The position numbers were made by a program, and so were the translations under genes. A stretch of 64,000 nucleotides of DNA from Oceanispirochaeta sp. (lineage in GTDB: Bacteria > Spirochaetota > Spirochaetia > DSM-2461): assembly GCA_963663385.2 (NCBI GenBank), contig CAXXXD010000003.1, positions 928,001 through 992,000 of the forward strand, written 5' to 3'. This document shows positions 7,672 through 17,088 of this stretch, in pieces. A model generated the notes under the pieces. The model searched no databases, had not been told where the DNA came from, and saw only the letters and a program-made list of their open reading frames with translations. Position 1 is the first letter of the stretch. Each line of letters starts with the position of its first letter.

Positions 7672-10600
7672 TTGCACTTGAAGCGGACAGTTTTTACCTT
7701 TTTATTGCTACTCTTTAACTGCCTGTTATTACAGGCTCTGGATGAGTCTGAAATTCCGGATTTCAATACATCCGGGGAGGGGCGAAAGTTTCCTATCTTT
7801 CCCAATCCCTATAGATCCGTGACAGAGAATCTTTCAAGGGACGAGTCTTTTGGAGACCTTGAAGATAAAATGATCTCCATTCTGGAGATAGAGCTTGGTG
7901 TAGAGTTTTCAAGGATTGTCGCCCCCGGAGAATCGGACCCTGTTGATTTACTGGATACCGGTCAATGTGTTGTATTTCCTGTATATGATAAGCCCGCTGA
8001 ATTAGCGGGGAATGTGTTTTTTACTTCTGTCTATGCCGAGGTCCCGGTCGGATTCATCATTCCTGTCAATGAAGATTTGGATTTGGGATTAACAGAATTC
8101 CAGAATCCGAAAAGAATTTCTGTTGTTCGGAATTCACTGTCAGAACAGTACATCAGGAAAAACAAAATTGACGAGTACGAACTGCTTTCCGTCACTACCG
8201 TAGAGGAAGCACTGCAGGCTGTTTCATTCGGGCAGACAGACGCCTATCTGGGGAATCTGGATCAGGCAGACGGTTATATTAAAAAACGTGGTATAACTTC
8301 TTTAAAACCAGTGGATCATACTGTATTCACTATCCCCTACCGTTTTGCGGTCAATAGATCGTATCCGGAACTGTATAAACAAATTCAGATAGCTCTGAAA
8401 AATGCGGGCAGGATTGAATCCGAAGTTTTTAGGGAAACATCATCGTCCGACAGTTTCTCCAAAGCTGTTTTAAACGAGATTGAATTCCCGCTGCAGATAA
8501 GGGGGGACTATGCGTATCCGCCCTATGAATACCTTGATGAAAACAATCAGCCAACCGGATTCAATGTTGACATTATTAAAGCTGTAGCGGATGTTTTGGG
8601 ACTGGAGATCAATATCCAGCTGGGTCAGTGGGATGAAGTGAGAAAAGAGCTGGAGAACAGACAGATTGACGCTCTTATAGGAATGTTTGAAACTGTTGAA
8701 AGACAGAAGACCGCAGATTTTTCAGTCCCTCATTTTGTGGCATCCTATGCCATTTTTGTTAACAGGAATTCATCCATACAATCAATTGATGATCTCTATG
8801 GCAAAGTAATAATTGTACAGAACAGCGATATGGGTTATGACTTTATGACTCAGAATATGATTGCGGGAAGACTGATCCTCTGCGATACCCCTGAAGCCGT
8901 GCTGGACAGTCTGAACAGGGGATTGGGGGATGCCGCTATTCTTTCCCGGTTGCAGGGCATCATCATTAAGAAAGAGAAGAATTACAAAAACCTTGTTATC
9001 GCCGGTCCCCCCATTTTAAAGCGGAATTACTGCATCGCCGTTCCGAAAGGCCGCCGGGATCTTCTGGCACTGATAAATGAAGGTCTGAATGAAATCAGAA
9101 GTTCCGGTCAGTATCAGGAGATCTACTCCAAATGGTTTGGTGTTTATGACCGGGAGGATTTAAAAGATTACAGTTCAATAGTCCGTTTGATACTGTTTAT
9201 TCTGCTCTGTATTATAGCTCTGCTGGTCATATTTGTTTTATGGATCCGCTTTTTAAGAAGATTGATCAACCGCAGAACCGGTGAATTGCAGAAAAGCGGT
9301 GAGCAGCTGCGGGTCACCCTTGCTTCTATCGCAGATGCTGTTATTACAACAGATACAGAAGGGCTGATTACTACCATGAATCACACTGCATCTAAAATTA
9401 CCGGTTACATAGAGTCCGAATCTGTAGGACTGCCGCTTCGTGAATGTTACTGTATCTATGATAATTCAACTAACGAAAGGATTGAGGATCCCATTAATGA
9501 AGTCATGCAGACAGGGAATCAGGTTTCCCTGGAAAAACCGGTAAAACTGATAAACAAAAACGGTGATCAGTGGATTATTGATGATTCAGCTGCTCCTATC
9601 AGAACGGAAGATGGGACGGTAATAGGCGTCGTGCTTGTCTTCAGGGATATGACTGAGGAATTGAGAATGCGGGATAAGCTTCTCCAGTCCCAGAAAATGC
9701 GGGCTCTGGGAGAACTGGCCGGCGGAGTCGCTCACGACTTTAACAATATGCTCGGAGGTATAATGGGGAGCGCTGAGCTATTGACACGGTATGTGGAAAA
9801 GGACAGTAAACAGGCCGATTTCCTTAATATAATTATTACTTCCAGCCGAAGGGCCGCGGATCTGACAAAAAAACTTCTGATGTTTTCAAGACACACTCCA
9901 TCGGATATGAAAGCAGTAGATATCAACCTTCCAGTTAAGGAAGCACTGGATCTGCTGGAACATACGGCCGATCCCCGCATCCGGATCATCCCTAACATTT
10001 TAAATACACCAATAATGATCAAAGGCGATGCCTCCTTACTTCAGAATGCTTTCCTGAATTTATTTATCAATGCGGTTCACGCCATGCCGGAAGGGGGGTG
10101 TCTCTGGATTGAAACACGCTTTGTCGAATTAACAACCCCCACTATTAAAGGTTTGGATCAGTCGCTGCCGCCGGGTATCTTTGCAGAGGTTGAGGTAAGG
10201 GATAGTGGGTGCGGTATTCCAAAAGAACTGCAGCAGAGAATCTTCGAACCCTTTTTTACCACAAAGGAACAGGGGGCGGGGACAGGTCTCGGACTGGCCG
10301 CTGTGTTTGGGACGGTAAATCAGCATAAAGGGTCAATTTCCGTATACAGTGAAATCGGAAGAGGAACTGTGTTTAAGCTGTTATTCCCTGTTACTGAGGA
10401 AAACCCCGTTACTTTAAAGGAGTTGGAAAGGGAATATAGGGGGAATAATGAAACCGTACTGGTTGTTGATGATGAACCTGCAATGCAAAATGCGTCAAAG
10501 GGGATGCTGGAGCTGATGGGCATGCAGGTTATTCTGGCAGGGAATGGATTGGAGGCTCTGGAAATATTCCGCAAAAAGAATCCCCTGATTCAACTGGTGT

Positions 10601-10812
10601 TACTGGATATGACAATGCCGGGAATGAACGGGAAGGATTGTTTCTTTGAATTAAAGAAAATCCGTCCGGATGTAAAAGTGATTATTTCATCCGGTTTTGC
10701 TCCTGAAAAAGACATTGAACTTATGAAAGAGCAGGGACTCAGTGGATTTATTCGAAAGCCCTATCAGTACAGAGAGTTGAATCACCAAGTGGCAAAAGTA
10801 ATGGAGTCATAA
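7672..10812 (+). CDS. Hybrid sensor histidine kinase: two periplasmic solute-binding domains, TM, PAS, HisKA/HATPase, receiver
   Basis: YPPYEY..GFNVD binding-domain motif, AHDFNN H-box, DSGCGI, FFTTK and GTGLGL, then receiver VVDDE...LLDMTMP...KP. The start is uncertain (TTG 7672 follows GGAG). Confidence 0.9.
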   Translation: MHLKRTVFTFLLLLFNCLLLQALDESEIPDFNTSGEGRKFPIFPNPYRSVTENLSRDESFGDLEDKMISILEIELGVEFSRIVAPGESDPVDLLDTGQCVVFPVYDKPAELAGNVFFTSVYAEVPVGFIIPVNEDLDLGLTEFQNPKRISVVRNSLSEQYIRKNKIDEYELLSVTTVEEALQAVSFGQTDAYLGNLDQADGYIKKRGITSLKPVDHTVFTIPYRFAVNRSYPELYKQIQIALKNAGRIESEVFRETSSSDSFSKAVLNEIEFPLQIRGDYAYPPYEYLDENNQPTGFNVDIIKAVADVLGLEINIQLGQWDEVRKELENRQIDALIGMFETVERQKTADFSVPHFVASYAIFVNRNSSIQSIDDLYGKVIIVQNSDMGYDFMTQNMIAGRLILCDTPEAVLDSLNRGLGDAAILSRLQGIIIKKEKNYKNLVIAGPPILKRNYCIAVPKGRRDLLALINEGLNEIRSSGQYQEIYSKWFGVYDREDLKDYSSIVRLILFILLCIIALLVIFVLWIRFLRRLINRRTGELQKSGEQLRVTLASIADAVITTDTEGLITTMNHTASKITGYIESESVGLPLRECYCIYDNSTNERIEDPINEVMQTGNQVSLEKPVKLINKNGDQWIIDDSAAPIRTEDGTVIGVVLVFRDMTEELRMRDKLLQSQKMRALGELAGGVAHDFNNMLGGIMGSAELLTRYVEKDSKQADFLNIIITSSRRAADLTKKLLMFSRHTPSDMKAVDINLPVKEALDLLEHTADPRIRIIPNILNTPIMIKGDASLLQNAFLNLFINAVHAMPEGGCLWIETRFVELTTPTIKGLDQSLPPGIFAEVEVRDSGCGIPKELQQRIFEPFFTTKEQGAGTGLGLAAVFGTVNQHKGSISVYSEIGRGTVFKLLFPVTEENPVTLKELEREYRGNNETVLVVDDEPAMQNASKGMLELMGMQVILAGNGLEALEIFRKKNPLIQLVLLDMTMPGMNGKDCFFELKKIRPDVKVIISSGFAPEKDIELMKEQGLSGFIRKPYQYRELNHQVAKVMES

Positions 10813-10856
10813 GCGATTTCCGGCAGCTGCCGCCCGGGATACCGCAGATCAGGCCC

Positions 10857-11501
10857 CTACATAAGGTTTCGGGCTGCAATTTCACAGTTTACTCTATCGA
10901 GGATAGACGGAATTTCATGCTTCAGATCAAGAAATGCTTCTGACACTTCGGGGCAAAGCTGAAAATCCGATACATTTTTGATCTCATCCAAAGCTTCCTC
11001 ATAACTGAGAGCCTTGCTGTATGGACGGCTTGAGGTTATGGCGTCAAATGTATCAGCCACAGCAATTATCCTTGCTCCGAAGGGAATCTCTTTTCCTTTC
11101 AGTTGACAGGGGTATCCCTTACCATCCCAGCGTTCATGGTGATGAAGGATGTAGAGGGCTATTTCATTCAGTTTCGGCAGACTGTTTACAATATTATATC
11201 CGATTTCCGAATGATTCCTGATCATTCGGAATTCTTCTTCCGTTAATCTTCCTGGCTTATTCAGAATAAGATCCGGTACACCGATTTTTCCAATATCATG
11301 AAGATGGGCCGCAATATGAATGATTTCCTGCCACTGTTCGGGAATGTTCATATTTCTTGCGATATGTTCACACAGAGCGGAAACCCTCCAGGAATGTTCA
11401 AAGGTATAGGGATCTCTGGCGTTTAATATAACGACGATGGTTTCCATTACTTCATGCATGGTAAAACCGGATAGGGTCGGCAGTTTTTCAGTGATATCCA
11501 T
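10857..11501 (-). CDS. Stand-alone HD-GYP cyclic dinucleotide phosphodiesterase
   Basis: HSWRV, LHDIGK, HHERWDGKGYP and IAVADTFDA motifs. Confidence 0.92.
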   Translation of the reverse strand: MDITEKLPTLSGFTMHEVMETIVVILNARDPYTFEHSWRVSALCEHIARNMNIPEQWQEIIHIAAHLHDIGKIGVPDLILNKPGRLTEEEFRMIRNHSEIGYNIVNSLPKLNEIALYILHHHERWDGKGYPCQLKGKEIPFGARIIAVADTFDAITSSRPYSKALSYEEALDEIKNVSDFQLCPEVSEAFLDLKHEIPSILDRVNCEIAARNLM

Positions 11502-11509
11502 TGGTTTTG

Positions 11510-11538
11510 AAAATACAGCATAGGTATACCTATGTCAA
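11510..11538 (-). promoter_or_regulatory. Sigma70 promoter of the HD-GYP gene with a 16-bp palindromic operator
   Basis: Minus strand reads TTGACA-17 nt-TATTTT-8 nt-ATG. Perfect palindrome CATAGGTATACCTATG at 11519-11534. Confidence 0.65.
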
Positions 11539-11815
11539 TTAGTACGTGTGTACAATCTTAGTAGTTTGTAATTAAATGAAAAAGGCTATTCCCTTCCCGC
11601 CGCAACAGGAACCCATGAACTAAAGAGTTCAAAAACACATTTCTGTCATATCTATTATTATAAATCGTTTTACAAAAAAATATCGGGATATTAGAATGGC
11701 TTAATTTCATTTTAATGCTCTTGTTGTATATTCAGATATTATTTTATTATCAGGCTGTTTTCTGCGCTTGATTATGGTAAGCATTTATAAATAGTCTGTT
11801 CTGTAAAGGTGGAAT

Positions 11816-12850
11816 ATGTACAGTTTTAAAAACGATTACTCAGACGGAGGACATCCTCTGATATTGCAAGCCCTGGTGGAGACATCAGCTTTTCAGACAG
11901 AAGGTTACGGGGAGGACCGTTTCACTGCAGAAGCCGTTGAAATTCTAAAAAAAGCAATGCAGAGGCAGGATGCGGATATTCACTTTCTGTCCGGTGGAAC
12001 CTTAACCAATCTGACAGCTCTTTCCGCTTTCCTGCGACCTCACGAAGCGGTTATCTCTGCTCATTCCGGTCATATCTATGTGCACGAAACCGGTTCTGTT
12101 GAGGCTACGGGTCATAAGGTTTTCCCCGTGGCAACGGAAGACGGGAAACTCCGGCCGGAACATATACGATCCGTAGTGGAGGAGCATCACTTTGAACATA
12201 TGGTAAAACCCAAACTGGTTTATCTTTCCCAGTCAACAGAAATAGGTACTATCTACTCCCGCAGGGAAGTTAAAGCTCTCAGAGACATCTGCAATGAACT
12301 TAATCTCTATATGTATATGGACGGAGCCCGCCTCAGTTATGCTTTGACTTCAACAGAAAACGATTTAACTCTCCCGGAAATTGCAGAGTTTTTTGATGCG
12401 TTCTATATTGGGGGGACAAAGTGCGGAGCCCTGTTCGGAGAGGCCCTGGCTATCATGAATGAAGATCTTAAACCGGAATTCCGTTATATTATGAAACAAA
12501 GGGGCGGTATACTGGCAAAGGGACGTCTGCTTGCCATTCAGTTTCTCACCCTTTTCCGGGATGGATTATTTTTCAAACTGGGTGAAAACGGAAACAGACT
12601 GGCAGGGAAACTGCAGAAAGGCATTCTGGATCTGGGGTACAAGGTGCAATTTGAGTCCTCTACAAATCAGATTTTCCCCATCTTTCCCGAAAATACCATT
12701 CTCGAGCTGGAAAAGAAATTCCAGTTCTACCGCTGGGAAAAACTGGAAGACAATACCTCTTCTGTCCGGCTTATATGTTCCTGGATGACCGGAGAGAAAT
12801 ATGTGGATGAATTTATCCGTGTGCTGGGAAGTTTTTCAAATGCAGATTGA
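11816..12850 (+). CDS. Low-specificity L-threonine aldolase family (PLP)
   Basis: SFKNDY, GYGED, HETG, MDGARL and GGTK motifs. Confidence 0.88.
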   Translation: MYSFKNDYSDGGHPLILQALVETSAFQTEGYGEDRFTAEAVEILKKAMQRQDADIHFLSGGTLTNLTALSAFLRPHEAVISAHSGHIYVHETGSVEATGHKVFPVATEDGKLRPEHIRSVVEEHHFEHMVKPKLVYLSQSTEIGTIYSRREVKALRDICNELNLYMYMDGARLSYALTSTENDLTLPEIAEFFDAFYIGGTKCGALFGEALAIMNEDLKPEFRYIMKQRGGILAKGRLLAIQFLTLFRDGLFFKLGENGNRLAGKLQKGILDLGYKVQFESSTNQIFPIFPENTILELEKKFQFYRWEKLEDNTSSVRLICSWMTGEKYVDEFIRVLGSFSNAD

Positions 12851-12955
12851 GGTTTCAACCACTCATGAATCTACAGGATTCCCTCTATTAATAAATATAA
12901 AAGTTTCAGGTATGGAAGGAAATTATTATGATATGATGTCCTTGGAGATAACTCT

Positions 12956-14389
12956 GTGGAAGAAGAACTGTTTAATGAAATATCCCTGAACGATGAAAAA
13001 ATACTGAACACCCTCTCGGAAGTCGGGGTCTATATTACAAACTACTCAAATGGTGCAACCCTGGTAAGCAATGTATGGAAAGACCTGCCTGATCATTTTC
13101 GTGTTAACGATAAGGATTATTTTTTTACCCGTTTGATACACCCGGATGACCGGGAAAGAATTTGCAAGGCTCTATCCGATTTATACAACGGGAAACTCCG
13201 GGAGTTTCATGAAATATTCAGAATCGTACTGGATGACGGAACATTACGCTGGGTTTACTCTCTGGGAAAAACTGTACAGAGTACGAAAGACGGAAAACCC
13301 ATCCTGTTTATCGGGTCAGACTCTGATATTACAGACCTTAAGGGGGTGGAAGAGAAACTGCGGATCAGCATTGAAAAGGAGAAGAAGCGGTCCCGGGAAC
13401 TTGAAACACTCAGACAGGTTGTAAGCGCTATCAGTTCCTCCCTGGATATGGAGGAGACCGTCCAGAAGATCCTGTATGAGATCCGGCGGATTATACCTTA
13501 TGAAGCGGGGTCAATTCAGGTATTGAGGGATGGGTATCTTCATGTGATCGGAGCAGAGGGCTTTGAAAACAATGCTGAAATATGTTCCCTGAAATTCAAA
13601 TACCCCGAACTGGGAAGCTTAAGCACTTTAGCCCTTCAGGAGAATAAACCCTGTCTGACCAATGATGTCTCCCTGGATTTTCCCAGGTTTATTCAGCCGG
13701 AAGGCACCCGAAGGATCTGTTCCTGGATAGGTATACCCCTGATTTCCCAGGGCGAAATAATTGGTTTGATGGCTCTTGATGCATACAATACCAACCATTT
13801 TAACAAGCATCATCTGGAACTGGCCGGTATTGTGGGAAACCAGATTTCCATTGCCATGGATAACGCCCGGCTTCATGAAAAAGCTTACAGAATGGCAATG
13901 GAAGATGCTTTAACAGGGATAGGAAGCCGGCACCGTATAAAGATGGAAGGCCGATTAATGTTTGAAACGGCAATCAGATCGCAAAGCAATATTGCTCTTG
14001 TTATTCTGGATATTGATCACTTTAAATCGGTTAATGATGATTTCGGCCATGATTTGGGTGATGTGGTGCTAAAACGGATTGCCGGGGTTTGTACCGAAGA
14101 GATACGCGGGATAGATCTGCTGGGTCGTTACGGAGGAGAAGAGTTCCTGATTGTCCTGCCCGGAACCGATTCTTATCAGGCCGCTAAAGCCATGGATCGG
14201 CTTAGGTCTAAAATACAAACCCTTCAACACCCGGAAATCGGCAGACCCGTAACCGTAAGCGGCGGCCTGTACGCCGGGATACCCCGGGAAAATGAGAAAA
14301 TGGGATATTTTATTTCCATGGCGGATAAAGAACTCTATAAGGCAAAATCCATGGGACGAAACAGAATCTGCTGGAGTAGAAAATCCTGA
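12956..14389 (+). CDS. Diguanylate cyclase (PAS-GAF-GGDEF)
   Basis: PAS (IHPDD), GAF, DALTG, DIDHFK.VND.FGH..GD, and RYGGEEF with an upstream RxxD (RGID). Confidence 0.92.
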   Translation: MEEELFNEISLNDEKILNTLSEVGVYITNYSNGATLVSNVWKDLPDHFRVNDKDYFFTRLIHPDDRERICKALSDLYNGKLREFHEIFRIVLDDGTLRWVYSLGKTVQSTKDGKPILFIGSDSDITDLKGVEEKLRISIEKEKKRSRELETLRQVVSAISSSLDMEETVQKILYEIRRIIPYEAGSIQVLRDGYLHVIGAEGFENNAEICSLKFKYPELGSLSTLALQENKPCLTNDVSLDFPRFIQPEGTRRICSWIGIPLISQGEIIGLMALDAYNTNHFNKHHLELAGIVGNQISIAMDNARLHEKAYRMAMEDALTGIGSRHRIKMEGRLMFETAIRSQSNIALVILDIDHFKSVNDDFGHDLGDVVLKRIAGVCTEEIRGIDLLGRYGGEEFLIVLPGTDSYQAAKAMDRLRSKIQTLQHPEIGRPVTVSGGLYAGIPRENEKMGYFISMADKELYKAKSMGRNRICWSRKS

Positions 14390-14402
14390 AACCAGGACAG
14401 GA

Positions 14403-15662
14403 TCACTCCTGTTTGTTATGTTTGATGAACTCCTTCTCCCCCATAAACAGAAAAACTGTCAGAATCAGTATCCCGGACGTAATACTTATTCCGGCGGAAA
14501 GGGAAAGGGCGTCTGCTGCTGATCCTATCAGGAGGGCAAAAACAGCAGTCCATAAGGTTTCTCCCTGACTCTCCACTGACAGTACGGTTGCCAGGATACC
14601 GGGCTCAATACTGTCTCCCAGATAGCCTACTCCAATTGGTTTTCTGATGTTCTCAAGCAGGTAGATTAGAAGAAAGAAAAGAACTGTCAGCCAGGGAAGG
14701 TTCATATAGAGAAAAATACCCCCCGCCAGACCAGCCAGTGCACCGGTCAGAAGGGTATAGAAGAGAATCCTTCCTCTGTCTTTGAACTTTTTGTGGACTG
14801 CTCCTGCCTGCCGGGATGCGGCAGAACTGATCAGAAAAATTATGAAATAGATAACGCCTATCAGAATGGCGCTGCGCTGCTCTTCACTTTTTTCGATAAG
14901 GAAGGGAAGTGATACTGCTGCGGTCCGAAGAACCGGCTGCAGGTAATCCTTTACAGCCTTATAAAATCCGGCAAACACGGAAACATGGGAAATCCGGCTG
15001 AGGATTGTCCGGTTCCTGATTGCCCTGAAGCTCTCTTTCAGCAGGTTCTTATGAATTCCGGTAGCACTGTCGTCCGAACTCAAACCTCTGTCCAGGTAGG
15101 ACGGGTAGGAGAGAACAAGAAAGAAATCCAGGATATACGGGATGATTGAAAACAGAAAGATCAGGGCGTAATCTTTTGTAATGAAAACGATGAGTCCCGC
15201 AGAAAGGGCGCTCAGGGCCGCCCCTCTCTGTGACCATGACCTTGTATTCCCGTAATACTCTGACTTGTGATCCTCCCACCCCTTTACCTTAAGGTAGTCG
15301 AATATCATGGCTTTATGAGTTCCTGTCCGGCAGGCGTCTCCAAAAGCATAAAAAATCATGGCCGTAAGCAGCATGGCATAGGAATTTGAAAAATAGAGCA
15401 GAAGAAAGGCGAAAATATAGGATAGAAAAGAGGCGAGCATGGTTTTTTTTCTACCCCATCCATCGGCAAAAAGTCCTGTGGGGATCTCAAGTAAATTGAT
15501 AGCCGTCTCCCGAACAGCATAGAGTGTTCCGATTTCCAGAAAGGAGACTCCTCTGGATCGGAGGAAAAGAATGAAAAAGGAGTCGAATAGTCGGAAACTC
15601 TTGAGAAAGCCGTAGGCAGAAAATTTGTAGAACTGCAGATCCTTCCGGAAAGTATCAGTCAA
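14403..15662 (-). CDS. MFS transporter
   Basis: About 12 hydrophobic segments and motif A-like EIPTGLFADGWGRK. SD AGGAGG precedes the TTG start. Confidence 0.85.
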   Translation of the reverse strand: MTDTFRKDLQFYKFSAYGFLKSFRLFDSFFILFLRSRGVSFLEIGTLYAVRETAINLLEIPTGLFADGWGRKKTMLASFLSYIFAFLLLYFSNSYAMLLTAMIFYAFGDACRTGTHKAMIFDYLKVKGWEDHKSEYYGNTRSWSQRGAALSALSAGLIVFITKDYALIFLFSIIPYILDFFLVLSYPSYLDRGLSSDDSATGIHKNLLKESFRAIRNRTILSRISHVSVFAGFYKAVKDYLQPVLRTAAVSLPFLIEKSEEQRSAILIGVIYFIIFLISSAASRQAGAVHKKFKDRGRILFYTLLTGALAGLAGGIFLYMNLPWLTVLFFLLIYLLENIRKPIGVGYLGDSIEPGILATVLSVESQGETLWTAVFALLIGSAADALSLSAGISITSGILILTVFLFMGEKEFIKHNKQE

Positions 15663-15856
15663 TATTCAGTCCTCCTGAATCCATCTCTCTCCATACTAAC
15701 AGAATCCCTGCTCTTCTAGAAAGGGTGGGTTGCAGATAAAATAGGGGCAACAAAGTAGAAAACTGCTTCATTCATTTGAAAAAAGCTCAACTTTCCGGTA
15801 TTTTTAATACTTAGCATCCCAACCGGGATCCATTACGGGAGGATCGATCGTTTTTT

Positions 15857-17080
15857 ATGAAATTATATAGCCGGAATCAGGTTTTTTTCTATTCGGTTGC
15901 CACGGCTCTGGTGGTGATTCTGCTTTTAATGGGCTTTGGAGCTCTCTCTTTTTCTGGTAGAACGGATATTCAGAAGGAGCAGATGGTCCGGCAGGATCTG
16001 ATGGCTGAGGATATCCTCCATACTTCCGAGCTTGATCCGAATCTGGGACTGAATGTCAGCAGCAATTCTGAGTATTCTGCGGATGAACTGAATAATATAA
16101 GAGTATACGAAGCCTTGAACGAAGCGGTTGTGAATATCACTACCGAAGTTGTGGGATATAACTGGTTCCTGGAACCGATCCCTCAGGAGGGTTCCTCCGG
16201 TTCGGGTTCAATTATTGACAAGAGGGGCTTTGTACTGACCAATAATCATGTGGTGGACAAGGCATATAAAGTATATATAACTCTGGCTGACGGCACCCAG
16301 TATGAAGGGGAGGTCATTGGCACGGATTATGAAAATGATCTGTCTGTACTCAAGTTTGATCCCGGAGAAAGGGACCTGGTTACCATCCCCTTCGGTACGT
16401 CAGAGAATCTGAAGGTCGGTCAGAAAGTCATTGCCATAGGCAACCCTTTTGCCTTTGAACGAACCCTTACAACAGGAATCGTTTCAGGGTTGGGGCGGCC
16501 CCTCAAAAACAATGCCGGACTGGTCATCCGGGATATGATCCAGACTGATGCGTCCATTAATCCCGGGAATTCAGGGGGTCCCCTGATTAATTCCAGAGGG
16601 GAAATGATCGGAATTAATACAATGATCTACACACCTTCAGGGGGATCGGTAGGGGTCGGCTTTGCCATCCCTGTTGACACCGCCCGGCGGGTTGTTCCCG
16701 ACCTGATGACCTACGGAATGGTTCAGCGGGGCTGGATTGATATTGTTCCCGTACAGCTATTCCCCTCTCTGGTCCGCTATGCGAATCTTCCTGTCTCTCA
16801 GGGAATCCTGGTATCCCGTGTGGTTTCCGGAGGCAATGCGGAAAAAGCCGGGGTTCAGGGCGGTTCAAACAGGCAGGCCGTCCGGAGCGGTTCTTCTGTT
16901 ATCTATCTGGGGGGAGACATAATTGTGGGTATTAATGGGAAAGCGGTGGCCACCCTTTCTGATTTCTACGGAGCCCTTGAAAATACCCGTCCCGGAGATT
17001 CCATTACGGTACAGGTTGTCAGGGGAAAGCAGACCAGGCAGTTTGATGTTGTCCTTTCCGAAAGGCCCTCTGAAAATTAA
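15857..17080 (+). CDS. HtrA/S1C serine protease with one PDZ domain
   Basis: N-terminal TM, TNNHV, DLSVLK, IQTDASINPGNSGG and a C-terminal PDZ. Confidence 0.92.
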   Translation: MKLYSRNQVFFYSVATALVVILLLMGFGALSFSGRTDIQKEQMVRQDLMAEDILHTSELDPNLGLNVSSNSEYSADELNNIRVYEALNEAVVNITTEVVGYNWFLEPIPQEGSSGSGSIIDKRGFVLTNNHVVDKAYKVYITLADGTQYEGEVIGTDYENDLSVLKFDPGERDLVTIPFGTSENLKVGQKVIAIGNPFAFERTLTTGIVSGLGRPLKNNAGLVIRDMIQTDASINPGNSGGPLINSRGEMIGINTMIYTPSGGSVGVGFAIPVDTARRVVPDLMTYGMVQRGWIDIVPVQLFPSLVRYANLPVSQGILVSRVVSGGNAEKAGVQGGSNRQAVRSGSSVIYLGGDIIVGINGKAVATLSDFYGALENTRPGDSITVQVVRGKQTRQFDVVLSERPSEN

Positions 17081-17088
17081 AGGAAAAT

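Noticed and set aside
10821..10832. 12-bp palindrome CGGCAGCTGCCG between convergent genes
   Set aside because: No loop or U-tract, and similar words occur inside coding sequence, so it may be chance.
11581..11640. Possible cobalamin or c-di-GMP riboswitch upstream of the HD-GYP gene
   Set aside because: Only a short GGGAA-like fragment is present, the other conserved elements are missing, and it lies upstream of the predicted promoter.
11816..12850. Threonine aldolase as part of the diaminopropionate pathway
   Set aside because: Separated from the cluster by two signalling genes and has its own upstream region. No supporting evidence.
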